From the NCBI GenBank assembly GCA_963675595.2, contig CAXXLZ010000002.1, positions 3,872,001-3,936,000 of the forward strand: a DNA stretch of 64,000 bases. The letters are read 5' to 3'. Shown piece after piece: positions 14,880-22,840 of this stretch. The stretch is from Thermodesulfobacteriota bacterium (GTDB taxonomy: Bacteria; Desulfobacterota; Desulfarculia; JACQYL01). The first letter of the stretch is position 1. Every line of letters starts with the position of its first letter. A program made the translations under genes and the position numbers. The notes beneath the pieces were generated by a model, which had not been told where the DNA came from, made no database searches, and worked only from the letters and a program-made list of their open reading frames with translations.

Positions 14880-16046
14880 ATGGAACGCAAAGAGATCATT
14901 TCCGTAAAAGGAGTCAACAAGAGCTTCAAAGGCGTCCAGGTTCTCAACAACGTGAACCTCGCGGTTTACGAGAAGGAAACCCTTGGAATTATCGGAAAGA
15001 GCGGTGTGGGTAAGAGCCTCATTCTCAAGCACATCATCGGACTGATGAAGGCCGACTCGGGAGAGATTCTCGTGGACGGCGTGAACGTCGCCGAAGCGGG
15101 AAGAGGGGAACTGGAGAAGGTCCGTTCGCGAATGGGGTTCCTGTTTCAGAACGCGGCGCTTTTCGACAGCATGACCGTGTTTGAAAATATTGCCCTTCCT
15201 TTACGGGAGACAACGAAACTGAGCGAAAAGCAGATCGATGATCGCGTCGTGGATTTGCTGGACCATGTGGGGCTGGAGGCCGCCCGCGACAAGTATCCAC
15301 CTCAGTTGAGCGGTGGAATGAAAAAGCGGGTGGGCTTGGCTCGGGCGCTCGTGAATAATCCGGACATTATTCTCTTTGATGAGCCCACGACGGGCTTGGA
15401 CCCGTTACGCAAGAATGCGGTTCATGAATTGATTGCGCACAGCCAGAGACATCACGGTTTCACCGCGGTGATCGTCAGCCATGAAATTCCCGACATCTTC
15501 AATATCACCGATCGTATCGCCATGATCGACCAGGGCGCGATCGTAGTGGACGTGCCTACGACGGAAATCACCAAAGTGAAGAATCCCACTTTTCTTAATT
15601 TCATTTCGGGCGCTCCCAGTTTCCAAAGTCCGCGGGCGGGGCTCGCGAGCCGGGTTGAGTTCGAAGCCCGTGTCGGCGAGGAGCATGAGCGTTCCAAACG
15701 ATATGGTGATCCTTTCACGGTTGTTTTCCTGAGGTTGGGGATTCCTCAGAGCGATACGCTGATGGAGCAATGGCATCTTGATCTTGCTCATATTTTGAGA
15801 AAGAAACTGCGCGTCGCAGACATGATCGGCCGTTTCGACGAACGATGCATCGCTTTCATTCTTCCCGGCACGACCAAGGAGGGAGCGACGCAATTGGCCG
15901 GGAGAATCGGCGGGTTGGTTCGTGAAGCCTTGACGCGGGACGATGAACGCTTGAACCCGAGACTCACTTATGGTTATTCTGAATATGAAGAGAAGAAGAC
16001 CCCGGAAATGATGTTGCAGGAAGCTATTCTCGAGTTGAGAGCGTAA
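14880..16046 (+). CDS. MlaF/Mkl-type ABC ATPase fused to a degenerate GGDEF domain
   Basis: Walker A GKSGVGKS, FLFQNAALFDSMTVFEN, LSGGMKKRVGLAR, ILFDEPTTGLDP; C-terminal RSKRYGDPFTVV...LRVADMIGRFDER. Confidence 0.85.
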   Translation: MERKEIISVKGVNKSFKGVQVLNNVNLAVYEKETLGIIGKSGVGKSLILKHIIGLMKADSGEILVDGVNVAEAGRGELEKVRSRMGFLFQNAALFDSMTVFENIALPLRETTKLSEKQIDDRVVDLLDHVGLEAARDKYPPQLSGGMKKRVGLARALVNNPDIILFDEPTTGLDPLRKNAVHELIAHSQRHHGFTAVIVSHEIPDIFNITDRIAMIDQGAIVVDVPTTEITKVKNPTFLNFISGAPSFQSPRAGLASRVEFEARVGEEHERSKRYGDPFTVVFLRLGIPQSDTLMEQWHLDLAHILRKKLRVADMIGRFDERCIAFILPGTTKEGATQLAGRIGGLVREALTRDDERLNPRLTYGYSEYEEKKTPEMMLQEAILELRA

Positions 16047-16302
16047 CGCCGATTTGTCTGCCGCAGTGATTCGACTCTCCTGAACCGGATCGACCCGGTG
16101 TACGGGAAACCGTCCTTCGGTTTTCATGGTCGATCGGCAGGCCTGCTCGATAGAGTTCCAACGACCATTTCATGAAACTCCGGTGTGACCGAATCCCAGG
16201 CTCCCTTGGTTTGATTGGACAAGCTTGAGAGCAACAACATGTTGCGGCCGGTCGACGTCGGGGAGATTCTGATTCTTCCGAGGTGGAAGCGAGGAAATAG
16301 AG

Positions 16303-16560
16303 ATGGAGAGAAGAATCGCCGAGATCATTATTGAACAGCTCCAGTTGGAAGACGTGACTCCGGACACGTTTGATCCGGACCTTCACCTGATCGATGAGGT
16401 GGGTATCGACAGCATGGAACTGGCCACCATCACCATTGTGCTCCAGGACGAGTATGGAATCCGAATCCCGGAGGACGATTACCCCGACCTCCTGACCTTA
16501 CGCGCGATTGCGGCCTATGTTCGAGAGAAACAGGCCGAAAAGGAGAGTAAGGTCGCGTGA
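16303..16560 (+). CDS. Acyl carrier protein
   Basis: 85 aa, acidic, GIDSMEL phosphopantetheinylation motif. Confidence 0.9.
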   Translation: MERRIAEIIIEQLQLEDVTPDTFDPDLHLIDEVGIDSMELATITIVLQDEYGIRIPEDDYPDLLTLRAIAAYVREKQAEKESKVA

Positions 16561-16687
16561 GCCTGCCTGAGGTGCCGAATGGATTCGTCGATCATCGGGA
16601 CGGGACCGGGCTTCCGAGATGGAATGAAGGCCCGAGAGGAGTGGTGTGTACGTTTGGGTGCGGTGAGGATGACGGGGTGCGGCCCAG

Positions 16688-17692
16688 ATGAAGTTTCAGG
16701 AGATGCTCGAGATTCCCGATGTGGGGCAACGCTGGGACCGGGTCCGGCGTTTCTTTTTTTTGCGTGAGTCCACTTACGACATGACCCGCAACTGCAACCT
16801 GAGATGCAAGGGCTGCTATTATTACAGAGGTGACAAGAGCAAGACTCGAGACGAAACGGATCCGGAGAAGTGGAAAGCGCTTTTCATGTCCGAAAAAGAT
16901 CGGGGCATCACCTACGTGGTTTTGGCGGGGGCGGAGCCCTCGCTGGTTCCTGAGCTTTGCAGCGCGGCCTTCGACGTCATCCCTATCGGCTGCATCGCAA
17001 CCAACGGACTCGAGAAGATTCCGGAGACCGTGGGGTACAATATCCACGTTTCGGTGTGGGGAAACGACCGGGAAAGCGAGACGGTGCGGGGCGCAGTCTG
17101 CCTGGAACGGCAACTCGCGAATTACGCCGCGGATCCCCGGGCGGTATTCATCTATACCTTCACGGGAAGAAACATCAAACAGGCCGAGGAAGTGGCCGTG
17201 GATATTCTCGACCGTGGAGGAAAGCTGAGTTTCAATCAGTTCAGCGCTCCTGTAGGTTACAAAGGGGATCTCCGCCTGAACGACCGGGACCGTCGAGCCA
17301 TGGCCGAAGTCATGGGAGAGCTCCTTCGAGCCTATCCGGACCGCGTGCTTTATTCCCCTTACAGCATAGACGTTCACTCGGGAGAGCGGTCCCTTCACCA
17401 GCGGTTCGGCTGTCCGTATCCCAGACGCAATCCGAACGCAGTGATCGGTCTTGGAAAGTCCTTCCGTCAGTATCGAACCGATCTGACCTGGGACATGGGG
17501 GCGGCATGCTGCGTACCGGATACGGATTGCGATGATTGTCGTCACTATGCGGCGGGGTCGGCCATCGTGACTTCTCGCCTCAAGCAACACGTGGATTGTC
17601 TGGACGATTTTCTGGCATGGCTCGACTACGTGGACACCTACCTCTCCGTCTGGGTCCGGGGGTACACCAGAAGCCCCAACCCGGCGCCGTAA
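16688..17692 (+). CDS. Radical SAM protein (paralog 1) with C-terminal Cys cluster
   Basis: CNLRCKGC (CxxxCxxC), GAEP motif, C-terminal C...CCVPDTDCDDC. Confidence 0.92.
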   Translation: MKFQEMLEIPDVGQRWDRVRRFFFLRESTYDMTRNCNLRCKGCYYYRGDKSKTRDETDPEKWKALFMSEKDRGITYVVLAGAEPSLVPELCSAAFDVIPIGCIATNGLEKIPETVGYNIHVSVWGNDRESETVRGAVCLERQLANYAADPRAVFIYTFTGRNIKQAEEVAVDILDRGGKLSFNQFSAPVGYKGDLRLNDRDRRAMAEVMGELLRAYPDRVLYSPYSIDVHSGERSLHQRFGCPYPRRNPNAVIGLGKSFRQYRTDLTWDMGAACCVPDTDCDDCRHYAAGSAIVTSRLKQHVDCLDDFLAWLDYVDTYLSVWVRGYTRSPNPAP

Positions 17693-17705
17693 AGGAAATC
17701 CTTTC

Positions 17706-18704
17706 ATGAAGATGGTTCGAGACCTGCTGACCCCCGAGACGACAGCCCGGTATCAGGCCGTCAGCAATCTTAACATGCGGAGCTCCATATACGATGTGAC
17801 CAACCGGTGCAATCTTCGGTGCAAAGGCTGCTTTTTTTTCTCGAGCGGACAGGACAGAGGGCTCCAAGACGAACCGGATATTGATAAATGGGAAGAATTC
17901 ATTCTCGAAGAGAAACGGCGTGGGGTGAACATGGCCATCCTCATCGGGGGCGAACCCACCCTGTTTCCAGAGCGAGTCGAGCGGTTCCAGCGGCACATGA
18001 AAACGTTCTGCGCCACCAATGGATTGATCCGAATGCCCAGGGAACGTTTCCCGGACATGATGGTGGGAATTTCGCTGTGGGGCTCCGAGGAGGACGAAAT
18101 CGCACTGCGTGGGAAGAACACGTTCCGTACCTCTTTGGAGCATTACCGTGGCGATCCGAACGTCTATTATTTGTATACGATCACTCCGGGGCGTCTCTCG
18201 GCGGTGGAGAAAATGACCAAACGAATCGGGGACGCGGGTTTGAGAGTGCACTACCAGTTGCTCTCCAATGATGAAAATGTTCCCGGATTCACGTTCGACC
18301 TCGAGGAAAAGCGCCGGGTCCGGGATCTTCTGGACGACCTATTGGAGCGCTATCCTCAAGTGGTCATTTCTTCTCACTACTATCACCGAGTGCTGATTAC
18401 CGGCGAGATGATGGGCCGGAAGTGGGGATGGATGGAGTGTCCCTCCGTATCCGAACGGAAGGACCCGCGAAATCCCAGGCCCAAGAGCCTGCCCGGATTC
18501 AACTCGTGGGCCAGCGATCTTAAGACCCTGCACCGGTGTTGCACATCGGATACGCGGAATTGCGATGCCTGTTTCGATGGCGCAGCCCGGATGAGCTGGG
18601 TGATGGTCAACAAGAGACTCCACATGTCCTCCAGAACGGATTTCGAGAACTGGTTGGAGGTCATGGAGATGTTCGCCAAGCTCTATCGTTACGTGCCTTG
18701 GTGA
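17706..18704 (+). CDS. Radical SAM protein (paralog 2) with C-terminal Cys cluster
   Basis: CNLRCKGC, GGEPTL, ATNG, C-terminal C...CCTSDTRNCDAC. Confidence 0.92.
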   Translation: MKMVRDLLTPETTARYQAVSNLNMRSSIYDVTNRCNLRCKGCFFFSSGQDRGLQDEPDIDKWEEFILEEKRRGVNMAILIGGEPTLFPERVERFQRHMKTFCATNGLIRMPRERFPDMMVGISLWGSEEDEIALRGKNTFRTSLEHYRGDPNVYYLYTITPGRLSAVEKMTKRIGDAGLRVHYQLLSNDENVPGFTFDLEEKRRVRDLLDDLLERYPQVVISSHYYHRVLITGEMMGRKWGWMECPSVSERKDPRNPRPKSLPGFNSWASDLKTLHRCCTSDTRNCDACFDGAARMSWVMVNKRLHMSSRTDFENWLEVMEMFAKLYRYVPW

Positions 18705-20029
18705 AGGAAGCGGGACCGGTGCCGGATCCCTACCGTATGAATTTTTCCCCGACGTCCCCCGACAACGGCATTTCCCGAGGAAAGGCTGTTGTAATCGTGT
18801 CTCACGATTGCATCACCCCTTTAGGCGACGGCTCCGATGCCACCTTCCGAAACGCTCTGGAAAGCCGTTCCGGAATCCGCAGGCTCACGTGCATCGACAC
18901 GGACGGAATCCCGGTCAAGTTCGGGGGTGAGGCCGTCAGGCCCGACTTGTCTCACTATCCTTTTCTTTCCGCTCGGGAGCTCAAGAACTGGTTTTCTCCC
19001 GTCATTCCCCACGCCCTGATCGTGGTGCATCGGGCGCTGCGAAAGTCCGGCTTGATCATAGATGAATCCAATCGAGAGCGAATCGGGATGCTGGTTTCAT
19101 CGGCCATCGGAGGCGTGGGGGCGGTCCTCGCCGCTCATGACGCCATGGCCGCCGGGCGTCTGCCCCACCCTTTCTCCAACCCCAATACGTGTCTCAACAT
19201 GATTGGCGGCAAAGCGGCCATTATGTCGGGAGCCGGGGGGCCTATTTACTCCCCGGTGGCTGCCTGCGCCACCGGAGCCGTGTCCGTGGCCTGCGGGGTT
19301 TCCATGATTCAATCGGGTCGGGTGGACGCGGCCGTTTGCGGAGCCGTTGATTTCCCGCTTCATCCCACCATCTTGACCGGGTTCGCCACAATGAACGGCG
19401 TATTTCAAAGTGATGATCCCCGGGATCGTTCGCAGAGCGCCCCCGCCCTCAGTTGTCGTCCGTTCAGTGAAGACAGGAAAGGCTTTTTGGTTTCCGAGGG
19501 TGCGGCGGCGCTGATCCTCGCGTCGGAGTCTTATGCCCGAGCCAAAGGGTTGCCGGTGGAAGGATATGTGGCCGGGATCGGCATGAACTCGGACGCCCAT
19601 CATTTCGTGGTTCCTTTCCAAGAAACTATTACCCGATGCATGCAAATCGCTCTGGATGACGCGGGAATCGAACCGGGCGATGTGGACTACGTCAATGCGC
19701 ATGCGGCTTCCACCCGAGTAGGGGACGCCGTTGAGGTGCGGGCTCTGGAAGACGTTTTCGGTCGAGAGGCTCGCGTTCCGGTGAGTTCCAACAAGTCCCA
19801 GTTGGGGCACACCATGGGCGCTTCCAGCGCCATCGAGATCATCCTTTGTCTCATGGGCATGAAGGAGGGATGGATTCTCCCCACCATCAACCTCTTGCCG
19901 GACCCGGAGTTCGCCCTTGACTTCGTCCCCCACAAACCTCGTCGAGCCGACCTGCGGTACGTGCTGTCCAACTCCTTCGGTTTCGGGGGCTGCAACTGCT
20001 GTGTGATTCTCAGGAGGGCGGACTGTTGA
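18701..20029 (+). CDS. Beta-ketoacyl-ACP synthase, FabF-like (KS1)
   Basis: AACATG (Cys), NAHAAST (His), KSQLGHT (His), SNSFGFGG; start GTG 18701 overlapping the upstream stop, or ATG 18737. Confidence 0.93.
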   Translation: MKEAGPVPDPYRMNFSPTSPDNGISRGKAVVIVSHDCITPLGDGSDATFRNALESRSGIRRLTCIDTDGIPVKFGGEAVRPDLSHYPFLSARELKNWFSPVIPHALIVVHRALRKSGLIIDESNRERIGMLVSSAIGGVGAVLAAHDAMAAGRLPHPFSNPNTCLNMIGGKAAIMSGAGGPIYSPVAACATGAVSVACGVSMIQSGRVDAAVCGAVDFPLHPTILTGFATMNGVFQSDDPRDRSQSAPALSCRPFSEDRKGFLVSEGAAALILASESYARAKGLPVEGYVAGIGMNSDAHHFVVPFQETITRCMQIALDDAGIEPGDVDYVNAHAASTRVGDAVEVRALEDVFGREARVPVSSNKSQLGHTMGASSAIEIILCLMGMKEGWILPTINLLPDPEFALDFVPHKPRRADLRYVLSNSFGFGGCNCCVILRRADC

Positions 20030-21291
20030 GAGCGCCGGAAAACCATCGGGTATTCGTGGTGGGTTACGCGGTTTCCACGGCGCTGGGCCACGGATTGAAA
20101 CGCACGTGGGAGCGGGCGCTCAAGGGAGAATCGGGAATTCGGCGCATCACGCGTTTCGATCCCAAAGAATATAAGGTATGCACCGCCGGTGAGATACCGG
20201 ACTTCGATCCCTCATCCTATCCGTTTCTTACGCGCCGCGAACTCAGAAACTGGCACGCCGGATTCGTACCCCTCACCATGGCGCTGTGCCATGACGCTTT
20301 GGCGGATGCGGGGTTCGAGATCAAGGAAGCGGACGCAGGCCGTGTGGGAGCCGTTATCGGCTCCGCCATCAATGGTTGCGACGCCTTCGAATCGAACCTC
20401 AAAGCCCTGGAAGCCGGGGGCGCGAACAAAGTCAGCCCCTACCTGTTGCCCAATGTGTGCGCCAACCTGCCGGCGGGAAAAGCCTCCATGCTCGTGGGGT
20501 TCAAAGGTCCCCTGTTCGCCGTGGAGAGCGCCTGTGCCACGGGCAACCATTGCATTGCGGAAAGCGCCCGGATCATTCAGCGAGGCGATGCCGACGCGAT
20601 GCTGGCGGGAGGGATCGAACTCCCTTTGCTCGAAGCGATTAACTGCGGCTTCGGGAACATGAACGCCACCTTTTCCGCCCGCGGAGGAGACCGGGCCGTG
20701 GATCGTCCGGAGTTGGGCTCCCGGCCCTACAGCGTGGACCGCAAAGGTTTCGTTCTCGCCGAAGGAGGCGCGGTGCTCGTCCTGGCTTCCGAGGGTTTCG
20801 CGTTGCGTAACGGTTTGGGGCTCAGGGCGGAAGTGTTGGGCACGGCCATGACTTCGGACGCCCATCACTTCACCCAGCCCAACGAGGACGCGGTGACCCG
20901 CTGTATTTCCCTGTGCCTGAGGGATGCGGGAATCGATGCGGCCGAAGTGGACGTGATCAACGGCCACGGCACGTCGACGGTTTCGGGAGATTCCGTGGAA
21001 GTGCACAGTCTTCGAAACGTATTCGGTGAAGGTCTGGCGCGAATCCCCATTGTCTCGAACAAATCGCAGTTGGGCCATTCACTGGGCGCCGCCGCGGCCA
21101 TCGAAGCCGTGTTGGCCGTTGAGGGAATGAAACGCGGAATGCTCTCTCCCACGATCAATTACATAGAGGATCCTGAGTCTGCCGATCTGGATTTCGTCTC
21201 CGAAGGGGCGCGCCCTTTTGAGCACCGAATCGTGCTGTCCAATTCGTTCGGCTTCGGTGGAACCAATTGCTGTGTGGTATTCCGGAAATGA
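20026..21291 (+). CDS. Beta-ketoacyl-ACP synthase, FabF-like (KS2)
   Basis: SACATG, NGHGTST, KSQLGHS, SNSFGFGGTN; 4-bp overlap with KS1. Confidence 0.93.
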   Translation: MRAPENHRVFVVGYAVSTALGHGLKRTWERALKGESGIRRITRFDPKEYKVCTAGEIPDFDPSSYPFLTRRELRNWHAGFVPLTMALCHDALADAGFEIKEADAGRVGAVIGSAINGCDAFESNLKALEAGGANKVSPYLLPNVCANLPAGKASMLVGFKGPLFAVESACATGNHCIAESARIIQRGDADAMLAGGIELPLLEAINCGFGNMNATFSARGGDRAVDRPELGSRPYSVDRKGFVLAEGGAVLVLASEGFALRNGLGLRAEVLGTAMTSDAHHFTQPNEDAVTRCISLCLRDAGIDAAEVDVINGHGTSTVSGDSVEVHSLRNVFGEGLARIPIVSNKSQLGHSLGAAAAIEAVLAVEGMKRGMLSPTINYIEDPESADLDFVSEGARPFEHRIVLSNSFGFGGTNCCVVFRK

Positions 21292-21770
21292 TTCTACGTT
21301 TCAAGATATCCTCATGCGAGGAGGAAGGCGTTTGTCTTGAGGGCGATACGGGGCTTCCGTGGTTCCATACCACACTCCGTGTTCTGTATGCGGACACGGA
21401 CCGCTCCGGCGTGGTGTATCACGCCAATTACCTCAAGTATTTCGAGGTCGGGCGTGCGGCTTTGATGCGTGCTTCGGGCTTTCCCTACAAAGAGGTGGAG
21501 GCCGGCGGATACACGCATCCCATTGTCGAATTGGGGATCAACTTTCAGTCCTACGCCCGTTACGATGACCTCCTTCGCGTGTACTCCCGACCGAAGACGC
21601 TGGAGCGGGTGCGGTTCATTTTCGACTATCGGATCACGAACGAAGCCGGGGACCGCGTGCTGGTGTACGGCTTCACCAGACACTGCTGCTTGAGTCCCAA
21701 ACTCAACCCCGTGGCCGTGGACCCGGAGACGGTGGCGCTGTTTCGAAAATACGGTGCGGTCGAGACATAG
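21288..21770 (+). CDS. YbgC/4HBT-family hot-dog thioesterase
   Basis: RVLYADTDRSGVVYHANYLKYFEVGR; ATGA overlap with KS2. Confidence 0.9.
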   Translation: MILRFKISSCEEEGVCLEGDTGLPWFHTTLRVLYADTDRSGVVYHANYLKYFEVGRAALMRASGFPYKEVEAGGYTHPIVELGINFQSYARYDDLLRVYSRPKTLERVRFIFDYRITNEAGDRVLVYGFTRHCCLSPKLNPVAVDPETVALFRKYGAVET

Positions 21771-21861
21771 CGGCGTTCGACGGCATCGACAAGCAAGTCT
21801 CCGTCTTTGTTTCTTCCGAGGTCCGTGCTCGCGCGCAGGCGTTTACGACGGCGGTGAATCC

Positions 21862-22743
21862 ATGCCATTCTTTCCTTTTCTCACGCCCATACACCAAAAT
21901 TCCGGGACCGACGATTTCCGTCTGTTCGTGGGGCGTTTCGATGCAGATGAAACTCCTTGGCTCAGGGATCATATGATTGCCGGGAAAATCGTGCTGCCCG
22001 CGGCGTTGATTCTGGAAACGGTGTGCCGGGCGGCAAGCCTCGGGTTTCCCGGTCTGTCCTTGGATCGATACGAGTCGGCGGAGTTCACGAGATTCATCGA
22101 GTTGGACGCAAAAGGGGGAACCTCGGAGGTCTTCATCGGACTTTCCCCGGGTCCTTCCGACAAGGGCGAGGAAGGAGTCTGCGAGGTAAAGGTGTACACC
22201 CAGTTCTCCGCCGGTGGGCGTTTCCGACGAAAAAAGGTTCACCATTCGGGAAGGCTGTTTTTCGGGCATTCCGAGCCGTCGACGCCGACTCGAACCGTCG
22301 AGGACGATCCCGGGGCCCAACGTTGCCTGACGCGGGGGCGGGTCTACCCCGACTACGTGGACTTGGGGCCCGCTTTTCAGACGCTGGAGGGGGTTTTTCT
22401 CGTGGGTAACGATGAGATTCGGGCGGAGGTCGAATTGCGGGAAGAAGCCGTCCAAAGTTCTCCCACGGGCTCTGCACTACCGGGGCCTATCCTCCTGAGA
22501 GACGGATGCTTCCAACTCCCCTGCGTTTGGGGAAGGTTAGGCGGTGGCGAAATCCGCATCCCGAGTTCTTTCGGGTCCTTTCACTCCTATCGGTCGATTC
22601 GGGGGCGCCGCGTCGGCTGCCGGGCGGTCTCGGCAGGGGGAGATGAAAAGGAGCGATGGTTCGACCTCGATATTTTCGATGAGGATCGTACGCTGCTTGA
22701 AACGTACCGACGCATGGGGTTTCGTCGTCTTTTTGGGGCGTGA
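21862..22743 (+). CDS. Stand-alone PKS-type dehydratase (double hot-dog)
   Basis: WLRDHMIAGKIVLPAA (HxxxGxxxxP), GPAFQ, and DGCFQ (DxxxQ). Confidence 0.82.
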   Translation: MPFFPFLTPIHQNSGTDDFRLFVGRFDADETPWLRDHMIAGKIVLPAALILETVCRAASLGFPGLSLDRYESAEFTRFIELDAKGGTSEVFIGLSPGPSDKGEEGVCEVKVYTQFSAGGRFRRKKVHHSGRLFFGHSEPSTPTRTVEDDPGAQRCLTRGRVYPDYVDLGPAFQTLEGVFLVGNDEIRAEVELREEAVQSSPTGSALPGPILLRDGCFQLPCVWGRLGGGEIRIPSSFGSFHSYRSIRGRRVGCRAVSAGGDEKERWFDLDIFDEDRTLLETYRRMGFRRLFGA

Positions 22744-22840
22744 AACAGCCGAGCCTCGGCGGACCACGGGAAGACGGCCTCTCCGGCGGCCTTCCATCGG
22801 GCGATGCAGAGAGCGCAACTTCCCGAACTCCCCGCCTCGG

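Noticed and set aside
16303-22743. Identification as a ladderane, aryl-polyene or pfa cluster
   Set aside because: It lacks the SAM methyltransferases, desaturase-like and B12-rSAM genes of anammox clusters, has no CLF-type KS and no multidomain Pfa synthase; the resemblance is only general
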